Positions 1 through 14,002 of a stretch of 64,000 nucleotides of DNA are shown here, in pieces. The notes below the pieces were generated by a model. The model saw nothing but the letters and a program-made list of their open reading frames with translations, was not told where the DNA came from and did not search any database. Position 1 is the first letter of the stretch. Each line of letters starts with the position of its first letter. Source of the DNA: Paramecium tetraurelia (lineage: Eukaryota); NCBI GenBank assembly GCA_000165425.1, contig CT867993.1, positions 124,001 through 188,000 of the forward strand, given 5' to 3'. Both the position numbers and the translations under genes were made by a program.

Positions 1-1072
1 TCATTGGTGAACTTATATCAGGTTTCATCTAATATTGATCTCAAATCTCCTTAATTGGATCTAACAGTTTGAATTATCGTTAACTCCTCACTTAGGTATC
101 TGCCTTTTGAACATCTCCTTGAGCAGAGTCGCAAACATAAAAACAAATTCAACAGCATTAATGAAAGTGATGCTGCCAAACATATGAAAGAACTTCATGA
201 ATCTATTCAATCTCTTGCCATTTAACAAGTAAATCACTGACAGTCACAATGCTGATATACAAAATCTGAATTCCGTTTAAATCATTGATTCAGTTACACA
301 ATAACTTCGAAACAATATTAGAAGTAACTCTAAATCCAACTCCAAAATTATATTATAACAGTTATTTTCAAACCAGAAGAACTAAAATACTAGCAACGAT
401 TAGGAACAACAAACCATATTAAATTACACCGATGTTGACTACGTAGAATAACAAAATCAAGAATTAAGAGTACTTATTGATAGAACCATCAGTAATATGA
501 GGATAAGTTAAAGTAATCTATAATCAAATACAAAGAAGCTAAATTGATTCTCAAAGTTTAAAAGATGAACTTGAACACTAATCCACCTTATTGGAGGCCT
601 AAAATGAATTATTTAAATAATATCAAGACAAAAATGCAGAATAAACTCTCACTCACTTTATCCAAGTGCCTACTATTGCTGATAAAAATAAAGATTGTCA
701 ATAGAAAGAAACTAGAAATTTCTATTTACAAACATGAAATTAAGATCTTCATCTCTTCCAAGAATAGATGGTAGAGAGGGTGATCTTATGAGAAATTCAT
801 TTATCAAAATTGTGGTCTAATTATCCAAGAATTTAATTCCAACTCAATATGTGATTGAGAATTTCAAGAAATATTAACAATAATATGAATTTAAAGAAAA
901 GGTTGCTAAGGTATGCTCATAAGTCCAACTCAAAGTACCAACTGATGAACTATAGAATGAATCAATTTCTCATGAAAACAGAGTGATGATATTCTCAAAG
1001 CTTTGTTAAGTGCTCCAAGAGAAACATCAATAGTGTTTCCCTTAATGTGATCATCTTAATTTTTTATAATGA
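1..1072 (+). CDS. 3' part of a hypothetical Q/N/K-rich protein; frame not cleanly reconstructed, possibly decayed
   Basis: The ciliate-code frame is open from ~680 to TGA 1070-1072 (...KLCQVLQEKHQQCFPQCDHLNFLQ*). Upstream open segments lie in different frames and I could not join them with canonical introns. Confidence 0.35.
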
Positions 1073-1267
1073 AGAAATATCAAATTAATATTTAAGTTCT
1101 ATTGTTGTAAACATAGTATTAATAGAATACATTGAATTCTCTCTGATCATGATACATAATATGATTTTACTGAGTTGTATAATACAAAATAGATAGATGA
1201 TACATAATTAAATGATTTATTTTATGATAGTTTACTTTAACAATAATTTATATCACAAATATAATTT

Positions 1268-2480
1268 ATGTTAAGGAAATTGCTTCGATTCCAATTTTGC
1301 TCTCTACAAGATTAAATCAAGAAACAATAGAATTCCTACAGCAATATCACTGATAAAATTATATCATATGTTGGTAGGGATTTACATAAAATACCCTCAC
1401 ATCCCCTCGGAATAATTAAGAATAGAATTGAAACATTTTTTCAAAATGAAGCCATAACAGAGAAGCAAAGCAAATATCCTTTGAAGTATAAAATTATTGA
1501 TAATCTTTCTCCAATCGTATCAGTAAAGTAGGTATTAATGCTAATCATTATATAGAATTTTGATTCTTTATTAGTGCCTCCTGATCACCCAAGCAGAAAG
1601 AAAAGCGACACTTATTATATTAATGAGAATGCCTTATTAAGATGTCACACTTCTGCTCATCAAGTGGAATTAATCCAAAATAATGTTGATGCATTTGTAG
1701 TGGTAGGAGATGTTTATAGAAGAGATGAAATAGATGCCACTCATTACCCAGTATTTCATTAAGTCGAGATTGTGAGAATCTTTTAACAAGATCAATTCTC
1801 CTCTAAATATTTGCAACATTAAATATAGGAATCTATGGATGATCTAAAAGAGACCCTAGAAAGATTGACTAAACATCTATTCGGTGATGTACAAATGAGA
1901 TGGGTTGAAACCACATTCCCATTTACTAATCCATCAATGGAATTGGAGATCTACTTTTAAGATAAATGGTTGGAAGTACTTGGATGTGGAGTTATCCATT
2001 AAGACTTAATGAAGAATTGTTAAGTATATATTTATATCAATCCAGAGACTCACTGAAGTGGGATGGGCAGCAGGCTTGGGATTAGAAAGATTGGCACTCC
2101 TCCTCTTCTAAATCCCAGATATCAGACTATTTTGGTCTCAAGATGCCAGATTTCTCGATTAGTTCAGAGCTGGCCAAATTAATAAATTTTAACCCTTCAG
2201 CAAATATCCAAGTTGTTATAAAGATGTGTCCTTTTATGTTGATCATAGAACATGGGAAGAAAATGATTTGCATTCAGTGATAAGGGATATCGGAGGAGAT
2301 CTAATAGAGAAAGTAGAGTGTGTTGATACATTTTACAATAAGAAGAAGGACCTTACAAGCAAGTGTTATAGAATTCATTATAGAAGTTTGGAAAGAACAC
2401 TCTAAAATGAAGAAATTGATGTTTTGCAATTTAAAATAAGGGATTAAATTAGAGATGTTTTAAAACTAGAGTTAAGATGA
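1268..2480 (+). CDS. FARS2: Mitochondrial-type monomeric phenylalanyl-tRNA synthetase (~388 aa)
   Basis: Motifs [79 protein letters not shown], plus a C-terminal FDX-ACB-like region. Introns 1532-1555 and 2024-2045 give 389 codons. Confidence 0.95.
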
Positions 2481-2616
2481 ATTTATTATTCATAAATATA
2501 TATATTCAAACAAATCTTCAATTCATATTAATTATACTAATACTGATGTCAATTATTCAGATACAAGTTTAACTCTAATTTGATACTATATTTTAATTAC
2601 AATTACTAATCATATA

Positions 2617-3442
2617 ATGTAATAGCCTAAGAAATCTCAACCTTAGCTGTTCTAAATAGAACAAGATCTCTAGGAAAATAATAGCAATAGAAGCCATAAT
2701 AGTAACAGTAACCTTAACAAATTTAACAATAAACCAAATAGGGATTTACTTAGTTGCCAAGTTAAAAGTTGACTAATGTTAAAACAGTTGCTCCTCTCTC
2801 AGATAAATCGAAATAAAAAACGTAGACATAATATACTAATCAAGAAATTCATTTGCTTATGTTTATAATGCAGGTGGAATACTTTGCAGAGTTAATCATG
2901 GTTGTAACACAATTAAAATATAATTGAATCAAGGTGTTGAGATAAGTCATTTGCCATATAATCCTTGAATGGTTACCTGTTTTAAAGGCCTTATTGAAGA
3001 AGCACATCCGTATTGCTTCATAGCTACTAATGCAATAAAAGATATGCTCAATGAGTAAGTTTTAAATTTAAATGTTAAAATTTTAGAACGCATAAGAAAA
3101 AGTCATATCCATTTTGACAAAATTAGTTTGGCCATTAAGAACTGCCTTATGTAGTTAAAACGATAAAGTTTTTATGTCTTCTTTGGAAGTTTTAAAGTAA
3201 TTCTAATTATAAATTATATCAGATTACTCTCCAATACAATAGGGTCTCATCTCAATAGTCACCTCAAAAATCTACTGGTTCCATTAAGTAAAAGAATGGA
3301 TAAAAAGAACTAAAAAGAAATAATATCGGATGTTTTAAGATAGATACAAGATAATGGGGTAATGACATTGTATCATTATTTAAAGGGACCAGAAACGTTG
3401 AAAGTAATCAAAGCAGCAATTCCTACTTATACAAATATGTGA
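2617..3442 (+). pseudogene. PACRGL: PACRG-like (PACRGL family) gene with frameshift and nonsense lesions
   Basis: Translates to KTNSFAYVYNAGGILCRVNHG...LPYNP*MVTCFKGLIEEAHPY...LVWPLRTAL...GPETLKVIKAAIPTY. There is an in-frame TGA at 2966-2968, and the ATG at 2617 is out of frame with the downstream coding frame (shift near 2640). Confidence 0.8.
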
Positions 3443-3482
3443 TAATTTGATTAAATATAAATTATATAATTTATATTCAGTT

Positions 3483-5132
3483 ATGAAAGCTCATGATGAT
3501 CTTATATTAATTTAGAAATACACATCATAAGAAGATTGCTTGTTTTGTTAGAAATATGGGAGATTGCCAATTATAAAGATCAATTTTGCTCCGCTTTTGA
3601 ATAGAGTATATAAAATTGTAAAATCATTTTACAGGCACTTTATACAAAATATTCACAATCTTAATGGAAAGGTAAAAGATACGAAGATTTTTTCTCGACT
3701 AAGTCAATCTAATGGATTATATAATTTAAAGATAACTTAGCATATGGTGATGAAGATGAGTTATTCAAGAGGTATTTTTATAAAAATATCAATTTGTAGA
3801 TATTATCCCAAGAGCGATCAACAAAATAAATTCGATCAACTCTTGGAATATTACAAATATCATAAAGATATACCTAGAATGTTCATACCTAAACTCTCAG
3901 ATTTGGCTATTTATTTTTATGAGAAAAAGAAGTATTCTATATCTGTATCCAATTTAGACAATTGGAGTATAGGAAAATTAAAATAATGTTGGGGATTCCT
4001 TTGGACGATGCCAGCAACTATACAGGTACCGATTCTCTATATTCTTAGAGTGTGAGAAATTAAAAGAAGAAATCAAAGTACTCAACAGTATCACACAACA
4101 AACTCAAGTATCCAGTCTTTCTCTATTAAGAGACATCTTGTAGTAAAAGGGAAGCGAAGAGATTGTAGTAAGTGATCCTCTAATAATTAGAACATTGATG
4201 CAACTTGGATGACTATGGCAAACAATCAATAGCCCAAGCCTTCACAGACATCAAATTTAAAATTACTCAAACAATTGATATCCAAAAACACATAATTTTA
4301 CAAGCAAAAATTTAATACAAATTGTCCTGAATAAAGTAAAAGAAATAGTTAGAATTCCCCTTAATAAAATCTGCATCTCAAAACTATCTCTAAAGATACT
4401 TCTTAAAAGTCCTTACTGTCCTCTCATAAACTCTTAAATAATAGCAATGGAGATGGTGAATTTCATAAATTCTTAAAATAGTAGATGGTAGGAATCAGCC
4501 ACTCAAATCCTTGCAATAAAAATAATGCTCAATCATTAGCCAAACCTGTTTAGATATCTAATTATCAATCCAAGCAAAGCAGCATTCATCACATTCTCAG
4601 CACAAGAAGCATCTCGTCTGAATAGTTAAAATTGATATAGTCCCAATAAATGCTAAAGCCCAATTAATATAATAATAATAACTAATAAACATAACATAAG
4701 AAAAGCCAAACTTAAACTCATTATACTGAAATCAATTCTCCAAATAAACATTCTAAGAAAGCTTCAGATATATTGTACACTAATATAGGAATAGACTTTA
4801 AATAAGCCTTGACTCATAAAAAATCGAAGGAAAAGCATTTTAAAGTTTATACTTCGTAATCCTAAGTTCCTTTATAAGCAAACATCAATATTAACATCAA
4901 TTAATTAAACATGAACAACCTCAATGTTAAATCTTCATTTTAACAATATAAGGCAATGCTCGAAAGTCCAAAAGTTCATCCCAAGAAGAAGACTCAATCT
5001 AATGTTGAAACCTTAAGGGTCAACAATGCTAGCACTTCAAAAAGCACGACATCTTTAAAAAAAACCTAAATCTCAGTTTAATAAATATATGCTCAAAAAA
5101 TCAAATAAAAGCAGAAGATTTAAAACAAATGA
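3483..5132 (+). CDS. Ciliate-type hypothetical protein with a conserved LLEYYKYHKDIPRMF segment and an S/Q/N-rich tail
   Basis: ATG 3483 to TGA 5130-5132 in the ciliate code, with several tiny GT-AG introns around 3770-4050. Confidence 0.75.
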
Positions 5133-5185
5133 AGACTCTTATTTAATTATTATATATAAATTTAATTGGATCATCTAAAAATTCA

Positions 5186-5880
5186 TCATATTATGACACT
5201 ACCAAATTATAACAGTTCAATATCATTTATTTAATATAAAGTAACTGGGTAGATGTGGGTTTATTGAGTCTGACTTATAAACTGCATTCGAAAACTTCGA
5301 TATGCATTTTCACATAATGCCATTTTACAGACTACATACACCTTTAGATATTTTCGACTATTCGAACTTTTGAAGTATATGTCTCTATCGTTTCTTTTGA
5401 AGATCTACTTGTTTAGTAACAAGAATTCCTAGTTTTTGTAAATTCCAAATATTTTAATTCTTCTCACTTATAATTCATCAATTTCACTATTATAAAAATT
5501 TTAGTAATCAAATTAGCTCACTTTGATGTGGATTAGAAACAAATTAATAATCTGAGGTTGGATAAACTTTATTTTAAGACTCTCTGTTTGGTGGAGCTGA
5601 TAAAAATCTCCATTCATGGTAATTGAAAATTGTGCTTCATCAATCAGAATTTTTGGATTAATATGAAAACTCTAAATAAACACTTAAGTGATACTAATGA
5701 TTGATGTATTTCTACACTAACATTTTCAGGATATGACAGCTTTTAAATCATTAACTATTTATCATAGAATTTTATCATCTTCTTGCAATTAGTGTTGTTG
5801 TTTTCTATGACACTAGAATTCTGAAATAGTTCTGGGGTAATACCTGGTTCTGTTTGAGTTGTTTATGAATGTCTGATCAT
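5186..5880 (-). CDS. Hypothetical protein (~223 aa)
   Basis: Starts MIRHSQTTQTEPGITPELF. One 23-nt intron (gtatcacttaagtgtttatttag) restores the frame, giving 224 codons to TGA. Confidence 0.7.
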
Positions 5881-6241
5881 TTAAACAATTATGAAAATGC
5901 TCAGTACTATATGAAGAATAATCCTTATTTTCATTTTAAATATTAGACACTTCAAACTTAGTATTGAATAACATTTGCAAATATTTCAAAAATTTTAAAT
6001 ATTTAAAACTGATTAAAGAGAAAGATTAACAACATATGTTCTATTTTATAAGTTCATTTCTCATATCATTTTATCCATTAGTTTATTTATAAATCAATTT
6101 TATAGGTTCAAGGTAATTTGGTATCATTTATAAAATATGATAAAATAAAATATATTGGTAATTTTAATATATTGTAGAGTGTAATAATAATAAACAGAAA
6201 GAATAATGATTGATGTAGTAAATTGCAAAAATTAATGATAT

Positions 6242-7542
6242 TCATTTCCAAACTGGCTTACTATTAATTATGGATTAAATAATGCTCTCATCGTTTTTAA
6301 TTTAACCAGGAGATGGATATCTCCACCCTTTATTTTTGCTTGTAGCAATTAATTGATTTGCTTTTGGGATGGCATTACCTATGCATAATAATGAATCATA
6401 AATACCTTTGACTAAGGGCGAATATTATCTATAGGCAAGTCCAGTAGTTGGTTTTGGCAAATTAGGCATTGGCTAGAGTTCAGGCTAACTAGTATGATAT
6501 CATTGTTATACGCATAAGCTGATCTTGGTCTTTCACTGGGGTCTCTTTTCTATTGTTTCACGGATTAAGATTTGCATGATAACTTTTATTTTAGTTCTTA
6601 ATGTTTTTTGAGACTATCATTTTATTATCTTTTAATTGTTCCACTGCTTGGTTTGATTAGAGACATTTAGGCAGATTCTCTTGAATTTAAACTAGTATTG
6701 CATTTTTCTTATTCCTCTTTTAAAGTTACATAATTATTAACTGTTACATGATAAACATTTCCGTTTATATTATTTTAATTATTTAATCTAACAGCGGGTT
6801 TAGTAGCATTCTATTTCATCTTCTTTTAGGACTTTTTCACAAGAGTTTCATCTGCCCAAGTAATGGTTCTTGGTCTATTTTCATTCAAATATTAATTAAA
6901 TAATCTTCTATCTAACCAACAAGAGTCAGCAGCACTTGATTTTGAATTCTAGAACGTATTTCTTAGTAATTTTTCATCCTCTTCTAGTGGTAGATCTTGT
7001 TCTTCATGAGGTTACCAAGAACTTGATAGTCCACCTTCACCTTTCTTACTTAATTTTGATTCTAATTGTGTTAATTGATGATAAAAACTAGCCCTTATCT
7101 CTAAATCAGGTCTTCTTGTATTCAAAAACTCAAGAGTCTTGTATAATTTCCATTTATATTTTCTCATAAAATATGCTGCTAATGCACAACATGATCTTGA
7201 CTAACCTCTAACTGAATGTACTAAGACTGACTCACCATTGACATGTGCTTATTCTATAAAATGATATATTTCATTGACGTTGTCATTCTAGAATAAAACT
7301 TGCTTGTTCGATTAGTATAGATATATACCTGCTCATTTTCTTACCAATTGAATTTTAGATATGAAACTCCATAGTTTTCGAATACGCAAGGCAATTATTT
7401 TGCAGCACAATTTATTATGTGACTGACCTTATTTTATATCACAAATTCAAGGTCCTTGCATATAAATTATATTCTGTACTTTGGATGCAAATTCATCCCC
7501 AATAAAAAGACCATCCTTAATTTTAATTGCTCCAATTATCAT
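6242..7542 (-). CDS. Dual-specificity phosphatase-fold protein with Cys->Ser active site (pseudophosphatase) and a low-complexity tail
   Basis: Translates to MIIGAIKIKDGLFIGDEF...VSHIINCAAKQLP...GESVLVHSVRGQSRSCCALAAYFMRKY...RRPDLEIR and ends ...SKPVWK*. Two tiny introns. Confidence 0.9.
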
Positions 7543-7572
7543 TTATTTAATTATAAATTATTTGAAATTTGA

Positions 7573-9251
7573 ATGATGGAATAAATGCCTAAATTAAGTG
7601 AGATTCACAAAGAATTGTAATACTACACCAGATATTTCTCAGAAAACAAACTCTACTAATCTAGTAAATGGACAGGAGAATTGCTTTTAGGTCTAACCCA
7701 AGAGGAAGACTTATAGTCATCTCAATTCGCCATGTAATTCATTCAAAACAACACAGATTATCAATATTAATTTTTAAGAGAGTTTGTACCTGAAAATAAT
7801 GATATTATTTGTGTGGCAAGGAATTTATTCGATTTAAGAGAGTTCAAAAAATGTGCTTCTTTGCTCTAGGGTTTGATTCACAAAAATGAATCAGCAATGT
7901 TCTTATATTATTATTCATAATACATGTACGGAGAGTTACGCAAAGAAGAAGAAATGTTTGAGAATGAAAATTCAAAGACAGCCACTAATCCAGAATTAAA
8001 GCTATTAGACAGAGAATTATCCAAATTATATGATCAAAAATAATTATCCTAAGTATGTCTATAATATATTTGTTTAGCTAAGCCTATATCTTTATGGCTT
8101 GATTCTCAAGGATACTTTAAGACTTCGTGAAGCCAAAGAGGTTTTTATTTAGGTTTTGAATTAATTGCCTTGCTTTTGGAGTGCCTGGTTAGAATTATGC
8201 AGATTAATGACTGAAGAAGACTCTATCAATGAATTGCCCAATCATTGGATGAAGTTCTTCTGGATTTCCAATTTCAATTTGGAAAAGTTTAAAAACTCTA
8301 ATTGTGTGGAGTCCTTTTAACTATTGCTCTATTATTTCAGAAACTCAAATTTCATCATCAATTAGATAGCAAATGCATACTATAATAATTAAGAATTTGA
8401 ATTGTCGTTAGAATGGTTTGAGAGATTGCTGAGCATAGATCCTTATCGATATGAAAATTTAGACACTTATTCTAATATCTTGTATATTAAGGAAAATTAA
8501 GGAGAACTCGCAAATCTGGCCTTGCAATCCTTTACTAATAATAAGTACGTACCTGAAACTTGTTGTGTAGTAGGAAATTACTATTCTTTAATGAATGAAC
8601 ATGCAAAAGCTATAAATTATTTTCAAAGAGCCTTGAAGTTAGATAAGGATTGTCTTGCTGCATGGACTCTTATGGGTCATGAATACTTAGAAATGAAGAA
8701 TGTAGCTTCCGCCATACAATCTTATAGAAATGCTGTCGAAATTGATCCAAAGGACTTCAGAGCCTGGTATGGATTGGGCCAGACTTATGCCTTATAAGGA
8801 ATGAATTAATATGCACTCTATTATTTTAGTAGAGCTGTGATCAGTAGGCCAAAGGATGCTAGAATGTGGAATGCTATGGCAGAATGTTATGACAAAATGG
8901 ATAAAAAGAATGAGGCTATGAAATGTTATGAAAGAGCTAATTCATGTAAAGATAAAGAAGGAATTGCTATACATTAATTGGCTAAATTATATGATGCAGT
9001 CGTAAGATAAATATATCAAATTTTAGGGCAAGGAAGATAAAGCATAATAAGCATTTGAAGAGAGTTTGAAACGAAAAGATGAAGAATAGACAGTTGACAA
9101 AGAAGTCTCAGAGGCTCTGTTGTATTTGGCTAGGGTTTTCTTGAAGAAAGGTGATAAGGAGAGGGCGATGCAGATGGCAAAAAGACTCTATGATTTTAAT
9201 GGACCTGAAAGGGATGAAGCTAATTAAATTATGAGTTAATTGAATAAATGA
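7573..9251 (+). CDS. CDC23: Anaphase-promoting complex subunit 8 (TPR repeats, ~542 aa)
   Basis: Motifs FDLREFKKC, FWSAWLEL, DPYRYENLDTYSNILY, ETCCVVGNYYSL, AWTLMGHEYLEMKN, DFRAWYGLGQTY. Introns 8053-8077 and 9002-9026 give 543 codons. Confidence 0.95.
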
Positions 9252-9744
9252 AATTTTGTGTATTTTGATATCCAAAATTTAGATTAAAATTTATTCTTCA
9301 TCAATCAATTTAAGTGAATAATTTTAATCATAGACTATTAATCTTTAATTAGTATTAGACTTTTTAATAAAGAAAATATGCGAATTCAAATAAAAGATTC
9401 AACGACTTTTCATCATTTACATCATCCTAATCGGCTAAGTAATTTGCAATTCATCAAAGATCTTATAGCGAGAAAGAATAAAAAATAGTAATTGAGTTTC
9501 TTAATAATACTAAAAATAGATTATATATAATTTAAATGAAAAAAAATCATATTAATAACCTTTTAATCTTTAAGAAATTTAAATTAACAAAGACAAATAA
9601 AACATGATAATACACCAATTTAAAGGAGTGAGCTGATAAAATGATAAAAAGAATGTAAAGTAAGTAAAAATTGAAAACAAAAAAGATAAAATTTATCTAA
9701 AATGATCAAAGTAGTATTATAAAAATATTCACATTAGTAAAATT

Positions 9745-10420
9745 TCATTCATCATAACAACATAAATACCACCAAGGTTTTTGATCTATTTCTTTGTTCT
9801 CTTTGATTGGATTATGTTCTTAATAATCTAATTTTTCATCAATAATATCTGTATTCTATATATTATTTTATTGTGGATTTAGTTTTTCCTCTTCACTTCT
9901 TGGGGATATTGGTGATTTACAAGACAGTGGATCACTTAAAGAAGAAACCATTAAAGAATTCAACATAATTTAAGTGTATTTCAAAGCAAAAGATTTGGTC
10001 TTTAGTTGACGTAATTTTTAATGTTCATCATAAGCTAAACAAATTAGATTTTAATTTACGCGGAAGTTCTTCATCTGGTCTTTCATATTCATCCATTTCA
10101 TATAGTTCATATATATAGAAATCATTAAGAAAGAAAAATAATTCCATTTCTGCTCTCTTGAAAGTTTAATTGAATTCTCCAATAACCATTTATAAAAACT
10201 CTCTAACAGTGATGTCAGAAGTTACTCTAACAGTTACAATTATTTTCCTTTGTAGATTGTCAATCCAAGTTACTCGATATGGTGTTGAATAGTTTCCTAT
10301 TTATTCTTATGTCTCAGCCTTGTATATTGGATTATAGTTTGCTTTAGATTTTTCTTTGGTGCTTAAAGGAGCATTATCATCATAAACCATTTAAATATCT
10401 TCTGTATAATAAAAACTCAT
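9745..10420 (-). CDS. Hypothetical protein, possible ubiquitin-like/CRIM-like fold, with a C-terminal WWYLCC (possible palmitoylation)
   Basis: Translates to MSFYYTEDIQM...IIVTVRVTSDITVREFLQMVIGEFN...YELYEMDEYERPDEELP...KPWWYLCCYDE*. One tiny intron near 10015-10040. Confidence 0.7.
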
Positions 10421-10612
10421 CTAATATCAGATATAAATTATAATTTTTATTTTACAAATTTTGTACATCATAACTTATTAAGTAGTGTTATTTCGATCTA
10501 ATTTGAGCAATAATTTTAATAAGATTAAATAATTCTGATAAAAAAGAAGAATTTTAGAATCTCTTGATTGCTTATTTTAAATGACTATGTAATTTTTATT
10601 TAATTAATTTTT

Positions 10613-11779
10613 ATGTATAATAATTCAAGAGATCCTCCTAATAAAATTCTTCTTCTTATTCTAAATTCATTGCCTTCTTCTTTTACATTGAACAATTAAT
10701 TCATACACCAAAAATTCAATTAGTTTGGAGATATCAATAAGATTCTCATTTTTGAAAAAGGAAAAACCACCAAAGCCTTTGTTGAATTTCATGAGTTGAA
10801 TAGTGCAATTTAAGCTAAAAAGTAATTGAATGGTTGCAATATTTAAGGAGGAAAGTAATGTCTCTTTTGTTATAGTTTTAGAATGAATATTCATTTTTCT
10901 CGACTTAAAAATCTTAATCTCGAAATAGTGGATAATTCAAGAGGAACAGATTATACATAGGCGAGTAGCAATAGTTAGAATTCTGATTCTATGCTTAACT
11001 CAAGAACAGAGGAGAATATTTAGTTTGATTTAACCAATCATATTAGTTCAACTTAGTCACCCAGAGCAAATTCCAGCCCAATCAGAAACGAACAAATCAA
11101 TCGTCTATTAGAATCATCGGATGGTGAAGATGATCTGAAAATCTGGAAATAAACTATGCCTTTGGACATCGAAGAATTTCATCCAGAGATATAAAAATTA
11201 CTTCAACAGAGATAGTCAAGATTACTCAAAATATTAAATTTTGATTCAAAAATCACCGCCAAGATGATTTACAATGTCTTTTCTAAGTTTGGAAATTTAG
11301 AAGAAATCTTATATGAAAAATCATCTTCCAGAGCCTACATTAAATATTAATCAGTAAATTAGGCAATAATAGCCAAGGAATATCTCAATAATATTTAATT
11401 TTTCGACTCCTAAGTAAGTTTAAATATTTCATAAATTAGATAAGAATATATTTTGAACCTCTCTAATCCCTATAACCCACTACTTTTTAGGATGAGTATA
11501 TGATCTATTATCCTGAAAGTCAACCATACAATAATACCCCACTCTCTCCAAATCTCCTCATCACAGATGTATAAGATCCCTCTGAAATCTCTGACCAAAT
11601 CTAAATGTTTGTCAAAGCCAAAGGTATTATCATCTCTATATAATTTAATAGAAATCAAATATGGAGTAAATAGTATTCATTTGACTTTATTTTCTAATGC
11701 AGATGCACTCAAAATTATTGCTGTGTTTTCAGATTATGAATTCTAAAATTAAAAAATGAATATCATTCTCAAACAATGA
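10613..11779 (+). CDS. PTB/hnRNP-L-like RRM RNA-binding protein
   Basis: RRM1 reads NKILLLIL...FGDINKILIFEK...KAFVEF...LNG...MNIHFSRLKNLN. RRM2 reads MIYNVFSKFGNLEEI...AYIKY...YLNNIQFF. A degenerate third RRM follows. Tiny introns near 10856 and 11414. Confidence 0.85.
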
Positions 11780-11835
11780 TAGTTTTATGCAAAATTATTC
11801 AAAAATAAATAAATCAAAAATACATTATTCAATTA

Positions 11836-13164
11836 TCACTTTTATTAATTTCTATTTTTTATCCTTTACTAAGATAGCATTGAATTTAAAAGATTTTTTT
11901 CTTTGATTGCCTATATGTCTTATAATTCTTAAACTCTTTTATTCATTTAAGTATTTATTTTACTAGCATGCTGTCTTTCTTTCTAAAATGAAAATTCATT
12001 CTAAGCAAAGGCATTTTATTTTTCTCGAAGAAATTCAACTGAATAATTTTAATAATTCACATGTTATTGCTATTATAAAAGTTTCTTCTTTGTAACTTAG
12101 AGAGAATCTAAATGCTTTTCTATCTTATGAGTGATATTCTATCTTTAGGCTGATTGATCCAAATTTTAGAGTAATGCCTTCACTTTAACACCTTACTTTT
12201 CATTCAAAATGATTAAAGGTTAGTTATTTTAATTTTATATTTTTGGTATCTAATCATAACTTAAGTTAATTTTTGGTTGAATCTTATTATAATCAGATAG
12301 GGATCTTTTCTCTCTATCTATTACTTAAATTACTTGAGGTTAATATCGATTTACACTCACCTATTTACTATTGAATTAATATTCTTATAAAAATTGATCC
12401 TCCTCATCATCCACTAAATTTTTAACAAAATCTTAAGCAATTGGTATATTATTTAAACTTTCCCAAGTTAAACCTGATTTTTTCTATTCTAAAACATGTT
12501 ATGATTTAATTTTTGTTCTATTCATGTAAGAACAGGTTGTAGGTTTAGAAGGATTTGGGAGTTTATCAATAAGGTGAATCATGTTTGGATATTTTTCAAT
12601 TAACTGTTATTTTGTTAAATGCTTTAGCTCAAACTATAATTTAGTAAACATTTTTCTTTCTCTTTCTATTTGTTTCTAATATTCATTTTGTTCCTTTCTT
12701 TACAATAAAATTTATTTAATCTACTCATCATCCTTAACATCTGGATGAAATATCTTATATTCGTACTTAACTTCTTTTATTCTCTCGTCCCTATCTCTCA
12801 TTTAAAAAGGTTTCTAAAAAGGTTTCATTTTTTATTAACACAGTTTCCAATTATCCAAACCCAAACTTATAATAAATTATTCTTAGTCTTGACCTTCCTC
12901 TATTGCCAACATGTTTATGAGCTATATAAATTAATCATAATTTAATTCCTTTTAGTTTTTAGCATATTTCTTAAATAGTTCTAACATTCTCTAATTTTTC
13001 GCTTTAATTTGAAAATCTTTACAAAAATGCATCCATTTTCCAATTGTGAATATTGAAGCCTCATGCTATTGTCTATCAAATGTAGCATGCTGTCCTTGCA
13101 CATATTGCTGTTTGCAATAGAAATCAAAAACCTTTGCGATAACTTCTTTATTAAGAATGTTCAT
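11836..13164 (-). CDS. Ciliate-type hypothetical protein (N-terminal EF-hand-like helical region, K/Q-rich tail)
   Basis: Translates to MNILNKEVIAKVFDFYCKQQ...TFD...IFTIGKWMHFCKDF in the ciliate code. TGA at 11836-11838. Confidence 0.7.
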
Positions 13165-13249
13165 TTTATTTATGAAATTATCCTTATATTTTATTCATAT
13201 ATTTTTATAAAAATAAGTTTTTAAATGTATTTGATAAATAAAATAATCA

Positions 13250-14002
13250 TCAATTAAATATAAACTTTTAGACTTCCTGGATATTGCAATCTTTAACACT
13301 TTACTCTACTATTTTGATGGATGAGTACTCATTGATGTCAAATTGGTTTTCTTAAAACTAAAATAATATTTGATTTATGTATTACTCTTATTCTATCATT
13401 TGTATTCTCTCTTCACTCTTATACTGCCTTTCTTGATCTCTTTATCCTCTCTCTAATTAAATAGGCTCATCATTTACATTTCTCTAGACAAAAACATCTC
13501 GAAATCAGGAGCCTCATATGCTTTCTCTTTATCCTACTTATTCAACACTATTAAAATTGGGATTTTTGATTTCTAAAATGGAATAGAAACCAAAACCTCA
13601 TATAAGATCGCTGCAGTGGCTCCTATTTAAGATGTCTCAGATGAATCTGTAACTAATATTATTTTCTTGGCTTCTTGTATTTTATTTAAAAACTATTCCT
13701 TTTAATAATTATTTCCTGGCACATCTACGACAATCACACTCTAATTATTTGGCTTAGCTAATTCTGTCTAGTTTGGCTCAATTGAATTAGTTGTTTATAT
13801 TGATGAATTTTAGTTTGAAAGCTATTCTTTCATATATAATTAGTACGCAATACAACAAGGAAGTTTTTCCTGCGTTTTTATCTCCAACTATAAATATTAC
13901 CGAATTATTAGCATTAGCTGTTTAAACTCCACTCTTCCTTTTTGATGTAATATAAAATGCAACGACTAAAACTAGTACAAGTATGGCAATTATAATATAC
14001 AT
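13250..14002 (-). CDS. SRPRB: Signal recognition particle receptor beta subunit (Arf-like GTPase with N-terminal TM anchor)
   Basis: N-terminal hydrophobic helix MYIIIAILVLVLVVAFYI, P-loop IVGDKNAGKTSLL, VVDVPG, LVTDS, ATAAILYEVL, ILIVLNKQD, then LSREM. Confidence 0.9.

Noticed and set aside
5640..5770. Apparent in-frame TGA stops in the 5186-5880 gene
   Set aside because: They disappear with correct framing and removal of a 23-nt GT-AG intron.
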